Below are positions 23,630 to 35,784 of a stretch of DNA of 64,000 nucleotides, piece by piece. How positions within the stretch are numbered: position 1 is the stretch's first letter; each line of letters begins with the position of its first letter. The stretch covers positions 1 through 64,000 of the forward strand of contig NKIB01012462.1 of NCBI GenBank assembly GCA_002256025.1. The letters are read 5' to 3'. Below the pieces are notes generated by a model. It searched no databases. It was not told the origin of the DNA and saw nothing but the letters and a program-made list of their open reading frames with translations. This DNA is from Asterionella formosa. Lineage: Eukaryota. The position numbers and the translations under genes were made by a program.

Positions 23630-25763
23630 GTTTTCTACTCCAGTACTGTCATGAACTGTTTGGTCTAAACAGTGTTCAACTGCATTGCCTTAGAATGGAG
23701 GTAGTTCAAATATCCTGTTTCCTTAAGTTAGCATGATGAGTTTTCATCCCAAAGATACAATATGTGTATCAACACAATGCTGTAAAGATCCCACTTTGTG
23801 CTAGAAAGTGACAGAATCATTCTGACTCTAATGATGGGAGCATGGCTCAACATGATGGCTAAATATGGTTTGTCATTTCGCTCCATGGATGACAAACATT
23901 TATGAATGATTATGTCACTGATGGTAGCTGTGACAATGGTCTCATCTCAGTTCCTATGTCTTTTTATCCCAGTGCTTCTCATATGCATTCTGTAATGAAG
24001 CGCATCTAAACAGGTTTTCTACTCACCCCAGAGAAGACCCCACACAGACAGCAGGACAATCTAATTCGATTTCAAGTCATTGTATCCAATACCCAAGGCA
24101 AAAAAAGCAACTGAGTCATCCTCCCAAAATGGAGGGCTTGTTACCAGAAAGGCATAGGAGAATATCTGAAGCTGCAACCCCTTAAACAACCTTACGGTTC
24201 ATCCTTCTTCCTAGTGATTCTGGGAAAGGGGGCAGGATTTTTCAATGAGAAAACCTTGCATCTGGACATAAATGTAGATGTGATTCTACCCAAGGTACGT
24301 CCTGCCTCCAATCAAAGTCACCAACGAAAAGAAGTAGAGGCAAGATCTATGGAAGCAAATTTTCAGCTTTAATATGCTAATTGCAAATACATCGACGTTG
24401 CCATGACAAAAGAATTTTTTTGACCTGATGAAGACTGGAACAGCAATAAAGTATGAGTGAGATACTTTGAAGAGGAATACAACTTTATGAAATATGACCT
24501 TTTGGGAATCCACAAAGGGAAGCTCGTAATGGTGACCTTGATCGGTGCTGGGACTGATGATTGCCGATTTGATCGCAAGGTGAGTAACATGTAGAATAGG
24601 CCAGGGGAGGAACCGCAGGAGAGAGTTATTTTAGGAGTACCGGGATTAGGAGCAAAAGTACATGTGAAGTGGGAATTCAAAAGGGAGAGATGATCCACTG
24701 ACAAGTAACTAGTACTATGGCTTGTTATCCCAAAGTTTGTTAGATGCAGCCAGGACTAGTATTGCCAATAGTAGGTCTAGTACAGCTACCATTCATTGTA
24801 GCCACATGGTCAAAACCAGGATTCAAAACCTACTAGCTTTTGAAGTGACTGAGGCAGTTGGGAAAAATGTCCACTGATGAATTGGAGTCAGGACAGGAAA
24901 TTCATGGTATATGGCCCTGATGCAAATGCTTATGGAATGGCCAACATGGCAGCATGCCAACCCAAGGGTAGTACTGGTAGAAGGTCAAGGTGATCAGCCA
25001 AAAGGGTGATGATCATTACTAGGGTACCTGGTACTTTCGTTCCCTGTTTACCAGTACCTATATGTCTTACTCTTCTAAAACAAGAATGAAAAGGAGTGAA
25101 CAGCTTTGTTTGCAACAGAATTATGTCACCACTCCAAGATGATCAATGTCCTTCTAAAAACGTGTGCGAATATAACTGTGTAAAAGCAAAAGATGACTCT
25201 CACAACATGGGAGAAAGAGGTACCAAGGTACCAGGTACCTTGTTAACAGGTACGGTACCAGGGTGCCCGGTACCTATTACCTGGAAAACAAATCTACTGA
25301 GGATGTCTCTTGGTAAAAATCTCGCATTAAAAGATGACTTATGTATATATACCGGTAATGCAAATGCATATAGGTGATGTGGCCTTTACATACAGTCGAT
25401 CAAGTCGATCTATGCTATCTATACCGGAATATATTAAGTTCACTTGTATGACATACTTTGAATGTATGTATGATATATTATTTTACCAAGAAAAAGTGAA
25501 AGCTGGCTTTGACATAATTCACCAGACATAATTGTTCTGGATAGAGACTTTTGCATGGTCACAGCCAACCCACAGGCCATGATGAAATGACCAAATGCAC
25601 ACCATTCCGCCCACCATCAACAACGCACACATTCGTCTAAATGTGTCATAAACTATATTATATTCATCTCCTCGCTCTCCACATCGGGAGAAGAATAACT
25701 AGAGCCGACAGTTAAAGAAAGACAACCAGAAGCAGAAAGAGATAGGAGGAAGGAGAAGGAAGT

Positions 25764-28700
25764 ATGAGCAGAGACGACGAACATGCTGATCAGAAGATCG
25801 GGATAAGTGTCGATCAATCGCTCGTGGATGTCGAGGTTCGACGAGTAACAGGATCTGAGACGTTAAATATTACCGACGCCAACCTTCCAGAATTTGAATA
25901 CAAGGGATGTCTCAATGAGTTAACGACGACTTATGAAGACAACCTTGGATCATTTGGCAATATGTTTGACATTCACACCTATGACGACATTCAACTCTAT
26001 GGTATTGACATCTACACTGACGTCGAAAAGTCTGTAGATTTTGAAATATACACAAAAGCCAATGCCTTTGCCGAAGATGGCGGTAATGTCAGTATCGACG
26101 CCTGGACACTGCTCATTAACGGAACAACAATTGGAAGAGGCCGATTAAATCCAACACCAATAAGAGGATTCAAAGTTGTCAACATTCCATCTCAAGTAAC
26201 CATGGGATTTTATGTGACGCTTACGACCCCTGATTTAAGGTATCGTGACATACGAGCGGAAATGATTAACAGTACTGTTGGGGTTGTGTACTCGAAAAAT
26301 GAAGACTTGGAGATTCGCGTGGGTGTTAGCGTAGGAGAATATCCGTTTTCGCCAACATTTTTTGAATCAAGAGCGTGGAGTGGGACTTTGCACTATGTGC
26401 CCAACACTGGGTGCCCGTCAGCAGCGCCGTCATCCCTCCCTGTACCGAGTGCGTCGCCTTCTGTATTGATAGAAACTGAGTTTCCTTCAGTTGCACCTTC
26501 CATTTTACTCACTGTTGAACCTACTCGAGCTCAAGCGGGATTAGGGAACTGCACTGACGAAGGGACTCTTGAGACAACTATGCAAGGAGGTACCGGTGCA
26601 TACGGTAGCATGTTTACCGTCAAATCAAAAAATGCAACTGTATCCATAACTTCGCTTTCATTTCATAGCGATTTCACAGAAGGATTACTCACTGCCCAAG
26701 TGTACACCAAAGCAGGCGATTTTATTGGCTATGAGAGTGCACCTGAGTCGTGGAAACAAATATCGGAATCAGTGTTGGTTGGGGAAGGTACTGGCTTGCG
26801 AACCAAGATCCCGACTGATGACTTCGAAGCCATCATAATGAGGCCACATGAGCTACGAGCGTTTTACATGACATTAACTACAGCTGACATTCGATACACT
26901 CGAACGAACAAGACGCTAGGCGAGCCTGTCGCTCAAAACAAGTTTATTTCTGTTAACGTAGGAGCAGGACTTGCAGATTTTCCCTTTGCTACTAAATTCT
27001 TTATCTATGAACCGCGAGAGTTTAATGGTGCAGTGCATTTTGAAACAACTGCCGAGTGCCTTCCATCTGGAGATGTCTTGTACGTTTACAACGTTCACCA
27101 TACCCCAGGCATGCGCGAGGTCGACGTGATTCGAATTATCACCAACAATGTACAAAGTACGATGGAAGGATTATTTAGGGACGATCCAGAAGTGATCAAA
27201 TACGCGACTAAAAGCAAGGTAAAATTGGTAAAGACAGCTTCGATCGTTCCCGACCAGACATGTCAGCCTATCAGTGCAAAATTCGAATGTACACGTGTTG
27301 AGGTTAGAGTCACTCTGAAACATGCCCCAGCCTTGCGGTGGGGCGACATTAAATACTTTTTTCTTCAATTCAACGAGGATGTGACCCTCAATATCAACTT
27401 GGAATTCCAAGCTCAATATGTCGGCGACCGTCCAGCTGAGCAGGGAACAAAGTTTACCCTGGGATCAGATTCCCCACTCCGAAAAATGACGCCTGCACAA
27501 TCTGCTGCTTTTGAAAACGCTATCTTTGATTTTCTAGTAGGGCCTTTAAAAGAGAAAGGAGTTGTTCCCCTTTCAGTGAAAGTCAATAGTCAAGTGATAC
27601 ATGGAAATGGTGATAAGCGTCGCCTCGGCACCCGTAGGCAGCAAAGTAGCGGTGGATCGATCGACATTTCGACTTCAATTACGGGAGAATATCGTCCTCC
27701 ACCTGAAGTCAACTACGACGGTGTCGTTAGCGATGCTTTGGATGCAAGCAACCCTGACCTTCAGCAACGCATTAATCGAGCAGACAAATATTTTGAAGTC
27801 ATCAATAGCGTAGAGGCGGTGTCAGATACTGGCCCTAGTGGTGGAACAAAAGCCACAATGGCGCAAACCTCAACCAACAGCATTCCTGTCGTCCCCGTTG
27901 TTGCTGGAATTGGAGGCTTTTTTGTTGTCGCCTTTCTATTTTGGTGCCTCAAAAGGTACAGGAAAAATCAGGAACTGAAGAAGTGGAACCAGCAGCTAAA
28001 TCTCGATTCTGATGTTTTGGACTCTAGATGGCGCAGGTTTGGTGGTTTGTTCGGCAAAAAGAAACCGAAAAACTTTATCAATGACTTCGCTGGGGATGCA
28101 GAAGTGTCCGGTTGGAATGAACTGTCGCATCAACATGCATCCTTTGATGATAATTACAACAGTACCCAAAAGAATATCTACGGCGACAACAACGATGATT
28201 ATTTGTCACAGCAGGGCAAGAACAATCACAGTGACTGGCTTGATGCTAGTGTAAAGCAACAAACGGAAACTCTGCTTTACGCCCAGTCCCGCGAGGATAC
28301 CTTTGAAGATGAAAATGATGACAACTACCCCAGCAAACGGAGTCAGTCGTCTATGCTTACCCTAGATGAGTACACGAATGAAGACTATCTCACGAAGCCA
28401 CAAGTTGAAGCGCAAAATCAATGGCGACCTCAAATGAACCCTCGAGGACAAAGCCACATGAATTTAACTAAAAGCCAGCGGAGTATTCGGTCAGGAATTG
28501 CACCAACTTCATCTTCTGGCGACGCTGGAAACCAAGGGCGACCTCAGATGGATCCTCAAGGACATCACCAAATGAATCCATCAAGAAGCCAGCGGAGTAT
28601 TCGGTCAGAAATTGAACCAACTTCATCTTCTGGCGACATTGGAAATCAAGGGCGACCTCAGATGGATCCTCGAGGACATGGCCAAATGAATCCATCAAGA

Positions 28701-28919
28701 AGCCAGCGGAGTATTCGGTCAAAAATTGTATCAATTTCGTCGTCTGATGATGTTGGAAGTGGTGCACATAGTGTATCTACGTGGCATCAAGAGCAACGTG
28801 AACATATGCATACCAGCTTCAATGATAGCTATAGAAAGGTTGGGGACAGCTATTCAGTCGACCAGCAATCCATTTCTATGTCAGAAAAAGGGCAAGGTGC
28901 TGGATGGGCTGAGGGATAA
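25764..28919 (+). CDS. Large single-pass membrane protein: two repeated ~150-aa beta-rich domains, RRL motif, TM helix, repetitive tail
   Basis: 1051-aa ORF; duplicated GxMF...FYxTLTTxDxRY...G..(E/D)(Y/F)PF; TM VVPVVAGIGGFFVVAFLFWCL followed by KRYRK. Confidence 0.85.
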   Translation: MSRDDEHADQKIGISVDQSLVDVEVRRVTGSETLNITDANLPEFEYKGCLNELTTTYEDNLGSFGNMFDIHTYDDIQLYGIDIYTDVEKSVDFEIYTKANAFAEDGGNVSIDAWTLLINGTTIGRGRLNPTPIRGFKVVNIPSQVTMGFYVTLTTPDLRYRDIRAEMINSTVGVVYSKNEDLEIRVGVSVGEYPFSPTFFESRAWSGTLHYVPNTGCPSAAPSSLPVPSASPSVLIETEFPSVAPSILLTVEPTRAQAGLGNCTDEGTLETTMQGGTGAYGSMFTVKSKNATVSITSLSFHSDFTEGLLTAQVYTKAGDFIGYESAPESWKQISESVLVGEGTGLRTKIPTDDFEAIIMRPHELRAFYMTLTTADIRYTRTNKTLGEPVAQNKFISVNVGAGLADFPFATKFFIYEPREFNGAVHFETTAECLPSGDVLYVYNVHHTPGMREVDVIRIITNNVQSTMEGLFRDDPEVIKYATKSKVKLVKTASIVPDQTCQPISAKFECTRVEVRVTLKHAPALRWGDIKYFFLQFNEDVTLNINLEFQAQYVGDRPAEQGTKFTLGSDSPLRKMTPAQSAAFENAIFDFLVGPLKEKGVVPLSVKVNSQVIHGNGDKRRLGTRRQQSSGGSIDISTSITGEYRPPPEVNYDGVVSDALDASNPDLQQRINRADKYFEVINSVEAVSDTGPSGGTKATMAQTSTNSIPVVPVVAGIGGFFVVAFLFWCLKRYRKNQELKKWNQQLNLDSDVLDSRWRRFGGLFGKKKPKNFINDFAGDAEVSGWNELSHQHASFDDNYNSTQKNIYGDNNDDYLSQQGKNNHSDWLDASVKQQTETLLYAQSREDTFEDENDDNYPSKRSQSSMLTLDEYTNEDYLTKPQVEAQNQWRPQMNPRGQSHMNLTKSQRSIRSGIAPTSSSGDAGNQGRPQMDPQGHHQMNPSRSQRSIRSEIEPTSSSGDIGNQGRPQMDPRGHGQMNPSRSQRSIRSKIVSISSSDDVGSGAHSVSTWHQEQREHMHTSFNDSYRKVGDSYSVDQQSISMSEKGQGAGWAEG
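28416..28757 (+). repeat. In-frame 114-bp (38-aa) repeat x3 in the predicted cytoplasmic tail
   Basis: NQGRPQMDP..HxMNPSRSQRSIRS..PTSSSGD units at 28416, 28530 and 28644. Confidence 0.92.
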
Positions 28920-30417
28920 ATCGTTTTCTCAAGTGCACTATTGTGCAAAGATTCTTGTGTTAGGGTTCACGGAAAACAACATGCAAATATTTTAAGTAGC
29001 TTATTAATAGTATACCATCCGTGACCAAATCGTATGGATTGATACCAAAGCTTGAAGCATTTTGACTAGTCCATACCACTTGGCTAATAGTTTGACATCG
29101 CGCAGAGGTAAACCATGAAAAATGAAAATTTTGCGATGTCACTAGCAATATGGAGTCCATCAATCAGGCAAGTTACAACGAAGATGCACAATGGGCACAC
29201 AATACAAATTTTACTGCTACACGCCATAACTCAGTTCAACGACGCACATGTTTGCAACTGCTCCAAAGATTTGTAATTAATGAAAACACATATCATATCA
29301 AAACATAAAATTGATGATCAAATCTTTTAGTATTAATTAATTGCTACATCCATGATTATAGCTAATCTTTCTATCTACACCTATGCATTGCATTTTTGGC
29401 TGAATTCACTCCAAATAGAAGTTAAAATAAGCGAGTTAGTTTTTGATATCAGATGAGCTTGATGTTCATGTGAGCTTCTTTCAAAAAAATAAAGACTACA
29501 AATGATACATGAAACTAATGGGTTGTGGTTTTAAAAAGAAATATAGCAAGGAATTCGAAAATGAAAATTAAGCAAGATCTGATTGACATCACATAACAGA
29601 CTTCTAAATGTGTGACCAGCTTTCGCTGTTTGCCAACCTTCATCAATGCCATCTCTTCGTAGACTCCAAACATATTTTAGAAAGTAGGGATTAACCTCAG
29701 GGCAGCCAGGTAGGTACCGGTATGTGGCTCGGTGAACTAACCCTACCTTGCATTATTCTTTGCTTCAAGAATTGATCACCGACTAAGAATATACTATGCG
29801 CAATCCTGGCAAATGGATGCAGTTCCTAGTTCATTGGGGACTTCGTGACGGATGGAAATGCACTTTCACGCAACCTGCAGTACAGTTACTTTGTAATATA
29901 CTGGAATATTCTTGTCGCAGGACTCTAGATCGACGTGATCAAAGAGCGAACCCCTCGCTACCCCCTCCGCCTTTGTTCCATGGTGGAGAACCTGGTACCT
30001 GGTACTGCTACCAGGTATACCACCTACCAGTGAACTGCCACTAGCTAGGTCGTGCTCAGGGTTGTGGCTCGCCGTACACACCGTTGCGTACCTTGCTTTG
30101 TTGGATCCACGGTTCGCTTTTGTTTGTTGACACTTTATTGACATCGATTTGTTACCCTACTATATACTCAAGCGTACTACCTATTCAGTGTGGATACCTA
30201 GTACTTAACATCATCAAGTAAAATCAATTTTAGGATGTAAACTTCTGGTACCAGGTACCGGTACATTCATATGTATGTTACATATTTATGTATGAAGAAA
30301 TTTCTTTTTCTGAGATTGAAATAGTTGACATCATTTGGATCTGTTCGTAACACAGTAATCTGAAAATTTACGCTGCGAAAAATCCACTTTAATTAAACTC
30401 ACTATTAAATTTCCAAC

Positions 30418-30810
30418 ATGATGAGTCGCCTTCCACTTTTCGCCTTTCTTTCCACCATTGCCATTAGTCAGGGCTTCTATCCCACCTTCCAGGGACATAC
30501 CAAGCACGCATTCATCCTGATGGGTGGCTTCTTTGATTTTGAACCTGTGCACGGAAAGGGGAGCGCTGGCGAGGGTGATCTTGACGAGCAATGGGAAGTC
30601 CAACAGAAGATTCTAGCCGAACGACGAGGCCATTTGGACAAAGCGCACCTTAGGAAGAAGTATAATACTCCCCAGAAGCTAGAGTTGGGCGGGAAGACGA
30701 GCCTTGACAAGAAAATTGACCTTATTGATGACATGATTATTGATGAGCCAAAAGGAAAGAAAAAGGCTGTTTCGAAGGCTCCAAAGTTCAAGATGCCATG
30801 GGATAAATAG
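30418..30810 (+). CDS. Small predicted plastid protein of unknown function
   Basis: Signal peptide + SQG-FYP motif; GGFFDF...LDEQWEVQQKILAERR; C-terminal KFKMPW. Confidence 0.8.
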   Translation: MMSRLPLFAFLSTIAISQGFYPTFQGHTKHAFILMGGFFDFEPVHGKGSAGEGDLDEQWEVQQKILAERRGHLDKAHLRKKYNTPQKLELGGKTSLDKKIDLIDDMIIDEPKGKKKAVSKAPKFKMPWDK

Positions 30811-31332
30811 AGTTGGTCCTTTGAATTGCTTTACAATTATTTTCCACTTGCTGCAACGCCTTGATAGCGCAAGAACTGCACAAAATATGAGACCAGATAA
30901 CACACTATAGCGGTAGAATCAATCATGAGTAGCTTGTAGGAACCCCATGCACGGGATCGAACACTTCATTTCCGGATTGAACGAAGTCTGAAAGATAGAC
31001 AGGACGCTGCATTGTTTCCACTTTGTTGCCAGAATCAAATGAAACGTATGGCAAGGTCAAAATGCACGTTGCCTCTTCAGAGTTCGCAACTTGATCATGT
31101 GTGCTAATATCAGAAGGAATGAAGAGGGTGAAAAGATTTATTGAATACCAGCAATGATTGAAGATCTTCACTTCATCAAAAAGTTAAAGCCCGTCGTCGC
31201 TGATTCTCAAAATCATTTTTGTCAAAGAGTGGGACACTTTCCAACAAGTCTGTAGTGTCTTTGTACCTGGCAAAGTGTAAGCATGCCTCGTATTTCGATA
31301 CAGAGTATGTGAACTGTGAAGATTCCACTTAC

Positions 31333-32836
31333 TCACACAGCACTCATGGGAAGCAAAGTTGAAATTGGCTTCGGTGTCTTTTGTCGCTGTGCCTTGTAAT
31401 GCGTAAATGACATAAACCCAACAAATGATACCATAACGCCTGTCATACCGAGAAAGGAAATGGGGATGCGAAACAATATCGAAGTGACGACAATCGCAAA
31501 AATTCGTCGAAGGCAATTCAAGGCAGCATGATGGACCACTGATATTCTTGTCAACACAAACGTGGATGCAAGGCTGAAATGCGAACGATTTAGAATTCAA
31601 ATCATGTCTTACAGGTAGGCATATTACCTGCCGCATTCTTAAGCAGAGAACAATACAAATATGAACACACCAGGTACTCACTTGTAACAGGTAAAAGCAA
31701 ATCCATTCACAATTGCCAACCCGAGATAATTCACAGCAACTGTTAAGCGAACTCCTTTCCACAGTGTCGCTATCAGTGAAGGCATATCTATCATTAAAAC
31801 AGGGACAACCAAAATGCCCACTCCTATTTGTTGCATGCGATATTGCAAATTCAAATCATCCACCAAGCTAGCACTTCCGATCGGCGAAGCCCGAAATAAT
31901 TTTTGATGCAAACCACGAAACGAAAAGCATAGATTGGCGATCATTACGATAGCACAGGTGCGAATATTGTCGGAAAAGGTCGCGGTTCCCTGGCCGCCAC
32001 GTGCATTTCCAAGTGTACTCATCAAAACGCCGACGACAACAACCGCGAGGGAGACACTTTCGGGAGTGCTCAAGGTTTCGATGCCCCAGGCCACGGCCGT
32101 TGCAGCGGATGTGATGGGTTCTGCAGCCTTGATTGTTTCAACAAAGGCAGCAGATGAACTTTGAAAGCTAAAATTGGTCGCTAGAAAGCCAAAACAAAAG
32201 AAAGCTCCAGTCAAAAACAGGTCTTTGGTGGGGAAGGAGGAAAAACTGATAGACCATAGGTTCACCATGACTAGTTAGTAGGCCGAGCCTTGTACAATAA
32301 ACTCATCAAACATATTTCATCTACGACAAGCAGGGCACTCACCCATATCCTTCATCTTGATTCCGTTGCAGCCTCCGCACCGGACTGTTTTGTGACGCCT
32401 TCGGCCAGGGTTGCAAACCGGCAGATCCCATGGCTCTAAATTGCAGCAAGAGCCGGAGGAAATTGGAGCCTAAAAACAATTGTTGTAGCGTCAACCAAAG
32501 AGGCCCAGCTCCTCCCTGCAACAGCACTTTGGTCGTACCAATGCTGACCACGCCCAATAAGTACCAAAGTAAAATGGCAGTACTCAAGGAAGCATACGAA
32601 TTGGTGAAGCCTGATATCCACTTGTGATGGAATCGCTTCAGGAAAGACTGGTTTCCTTTCCTTAATTGGACGAGAGGCTGGCGACGTCTTATTCTTCCAG
32701 GCTTTGGCTTGGTGTCGTCATCAGATCTGCTTGCGCCATCGGACGAGGGCGGCGTTGGCGACATGTACGATGGTATTTCTGTGCCATTCGACCAGCCGCC
32801 GTTGGAATGTGAATCACTGGCTCCTCGTTTACTCAT
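31333..32836 (-). CDS. Triose-phosphate/nucleotide-sugar (TPT, SLC35E-like) transporter; exons 32836-32343, 32245-31682, 31573-31333
   Basis: LLWYLLGV, FVETIKAAEP, NLCFSFRG, YNLASTFVLTRIS...LNCLRR; two GT-AG introns keep the frame. Confidence 0.9.
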
Positions 32837-33736
32837 TTCAAGCTACTCAGTGTTGCAGAATGTTCAGAAAGGTAGAAAACGAAGAAACGAAGGCACCGAA
32901 AATAAGTGAGCAGTGGGCACTAACTTCCGCTACTGGTAGCAACTACCGGTATGCATTTGTTTGTCCTTGCTCATAACATTTCAATTGAATTTCGTGCTTG
33001 AGGTCAAAACCCCACTCCACCTCCTTCCTGTTCCACTACGCCGTATGCATGTACTTTGATTCATACATGTAATGTCCTATGGTCCGTACGAGGCTGCACG
33101 TAAACATCATCTGGTTTATACAGCAGTATACGCTCGTACGATAGCTACCATAGGATGTTCGACTACCTGGTACATACTATTCATGAGGAACGTGATGTAC
33201 GCTGAATGCTGACATACCGGGTTCCAGTTACTGGTACCATACCAGGTACCAGGTAGGATAGATACGGTGTGGTGTAGTTCTACAAACTACTGGCACAGTC
33301 CATAGTAAATGTCCAAAAAAGACACACGGCCGTAGCTATGCACGTAGTATGCATGGTACCACTCCGTACCCGTACCTGGTACCTGGTAGTAATGTTCAAC
33401 GTCAGCCACGCTTTCACTCCCTGTGGCGGCTTGCTGAGGCCTGAATGCAAGCAACAATTGGATACAATTCATAAACAAAGTTACTCATTGCTGACCCTAG
33501 GAAACTGCAACTATGAATGCTCTTGCCCGTGCCGCCATTAACCGTGTCCCACGGTGAGTTTAATGTTGACGAATAGTAAGAGAAGGAGTCAAACAACGGA
33601 GATGTAGGACTTCCATTCTCCCTACTGGCCCCACGAAGCAGCCAGATTGCCCGGTATTTTTGTTCTCCCTGTCCATGTCGGAATTAGTACAAACTGATGT
33701 AGAAATCGCCAACCCAGCAAGAATGTACTAACCTGA

Positions 33737-33767
33737 GGGGGGGGGGGGGGGGGCGGGGGGCGGGGCG

Positions 33768-33800
<33 letters not shown>

Positions 33801-33831
33801 CGGGGTGGGGGGNNNNNNNNNNCCCCCCCCC
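33737..33831. other. Scaffold gap (10 N) flanked by poly-G and poly-C, likely sequencing artefact
   Basis: G-run, then N x10 at 33813-33822, then a C-run. Confidence 0.9.
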
Positions 33832-33838
33832 AATCCAT

Positions 33839-34084
33839 GTCAGCACATCCTCCATTGTCAGCAAGCGTGCTGCATCCGGCTCCGCTCCTACTGGAAAGTT
33901 CTCTGACTTTGACGTCAAGGTGTGGACTTCAGATGCTGGTGCCTACCCTGTCATGTTCGTTCTTGCATTTGCCTGTGCTTTCTGCGGATGGTACGGCTCA
34001 CGCAATTTATTGACACATCCTGACATTCGCATTTCTCCTAGCAAGAGAGTGAGCGTAGTTCGTACTTGGGGAAAGACGGAATAA
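33839..34084 (+). CDS. NDUFA4/B12D-family small mitochondrial protein; 5' end lost in the gap
   Basis: Open frame VSTSSIVSKRAASGSAPTGKFSDFDVKVWTSDAGAYPVMFVLAFACAFCGWYGSRNLLTHPDIRISPSKRVSVVRTWGKTE*. Confidence 0.85.
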   Translation, partial: VSTSSIVSKRAASGSAPTGKFSDFDVKVWTSDAGAYPVMFVLAFACAFCGWYGSRNLLTHPDIRISPSKRVSVVRTWGKTE

Positions 34085-34293
34085 TCGGTTGGTTCTATTG
34101 TTGATATAACTAAATTGTTGTAAAGAAGGATAGACTTGCCCTTTCGTTACGTTTGGGATTGATCTCACCAGCACTTGAAAAGTCCGAGTTGGCACAAAAT
34201 GCAATTATACATTGCTAGTAGACGACCAGGGTGCAGCTTTTCAATTTAAAGGATAGAACTGCCGTTTCGAAAAGGAATGTACAAACCTGGGGA

Positions 34294-35784
34294 TTAGAGG
34301 GTTTCTACTTCTTCCTCATGCTCATTCTCCTCCAACTTTGCAGGAAAACCGTCGTCGATCAATTGTTTTCCGGTTGTTCTGTCCACTCGAGGCCACCACA
34401 GTGGCATGTAAGGCAGATATCGAAATTCTTTTCCGCCGACCTTGATTTTATTCGTTCGCGACCACTTTTCACCTTCTACCAATCCTGTTTTGTCCAATCT
34501 CAGTTGTGCCAAGACACAAAACGTCCCCGCAGCCGGCGTACTTACAACTTGCCCAATGGTGTTGCCCCCAGCATCCACCATCTTTTCTCCTGGCTTTACA
34601 TGCTCTTCCATGGCCCGCATGTGCAACTCTGCATGTTCTTGCAACTTCTTCATGTCGCCAGAATCTTCGTCCTTAACTGCTCCCTCTGGCACCTGACCTG
34701 TGAGAACACTCATTAATCCACCAACCGAAGGCATACTCAAGGCTGGGAGGGGAGATCCATTGGTAAGTCCTGCCAGAATGCCATCTCGTTCCTCTTGCAT
34801 TTGACTTGCCGAAATCCACGGCCTTGGAAGTTGAGTTGTCGTGTCCAACAGCAAAACTGGTAGTATTCGTTTTCGTATCGTTCCGGTATGCATCGTTCGG
34901 GCCGTCAATTCTTGTCCCAGATAGCATCCCTTATGAAATGATACGGCCTGCAACCATTCTTGATTGGCCTCTAGAGCTGTTTTGCCGAGCAGTTCGTTGC
35001 CTTCCGCAACTCCCCCCAACTTTCTCAGGACCTCGTACGTGCCCGGGCAAGGCGGAAATACGCTTGACAGCATATTCTTAACCACTTCCGGCCCATGCTC
35101 CATAGATACGACTCGCATGCCGAGAGATGGATGTCGTGGGTCCATGCCCACATTAAAACCTGGTGGAGCGTTCTGCGAGTTGTATGTGCCGTAAACTACG
35201 TGCGACGATATCTCTCCAGTGAGATCCGAAAGCTGCACTTTGGATCGTCGTAGTTGATAGTGCTGCAAATGCTGCATTAATTGGTCTGCTGAATTTCTGG
35301 GAACATCAATCAGATATTGGTTGCCCTCGTCCAATTTCCAAAGCAAGGCGTCTGTGAGAATCCTTCCCTTGTGGTCCAAGAAGCAAGTGGCTCGGAGGTT
35401 CGTGTTGAATTGAATGGGTAGCTCGTCATTAACCACAGGTGGTTCTGGTGCATGTATTGGTTCTGCTGTTTCAATCTGGTCTAGTCCCTTGTGCCACAGT
35501 TGGATGTAGTCATTGGGCGGTTCAGGGGGCTTGAGAAGATCCGACGTGACGAGCCCCTGCAAGTAGGTCGTGGCCCCAGATCCTTGGACGGACAGGATTC
35601 GTCGCAAACCATTTCCCAAGTTCTCGTGGCCTTTGCCCCACAGCATGCCCCACTGTCGGGCCAGTGTACTGGAGGATTGATTCAATTGAGACGCCATTCG
35701 TATCTGGGGGGTAGCTCGGGTGAAGAATGGAAGGTCAGAGTCACTAATGCTTGGAGCATCGTGCGACAAACTATCGGTATTCAT
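34294..35784 (-). CDS. IBA57: IBA57/CAF17/YgfZ Fe-S assembly factor
   Basis: YLQGLVTSD, FLDHKGRIL, DPRHPSLGMR and the signature KGCYLGQELTAR. Confidence 0.95.
   Translation of the reverse strand: MNTDSLSHDAPSISDSDLPFFTRATPQIRMASQLNQSSSTLARQWGMLWGKGHENLGNGLRRILSVQGSGATTYLQGLVTSDLLKPPEPPNDYIQLWHKGLDQIETAEPIHAPEPPVVNDELPIQFNTNLRATCFLDHKGRILTDALLWKLDEGNQYLIDVPRNSADQLMQHLQHYQLRRSKVQLSDLTGEISSHVVYGTYNSQNAPPGFNVGMDPRHPSLGMRVVSMEHGPEVVKNMLSSVFPPCPGTYEVLRKLGGVAEGNELLGKTALEANQEWLQAVSFHKGCYLGQELTARTMHTGTIRKRILPVLLLDTTTQLPRPWISASQMQEERDGILAGLTNGSPLPALSMPSVGGLMSVLTGQVPEGAVKDEDSGDMKKLQEHAELHMRAMEEHVKPGEKMVDAGGNTIGQVVSTPAAGTFCVLAQLRLDKTGLVEGEKWSRTNKIKVGGKEFRYLPYMPLWWPRVDRTTGKQLIDDGFPAKLEENEHEEEVETL

Noticed and set aside
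23900..25000. Possible decayed coding sequence
   Set aside because: Short broken frames with no recognisable family.
33622..33918. Poly-proline ORF / G-quadruplex-like tract
   Set aside because: Spans an N gap; poly-G and poly-C at contig ends are typical sequencing artefacts.
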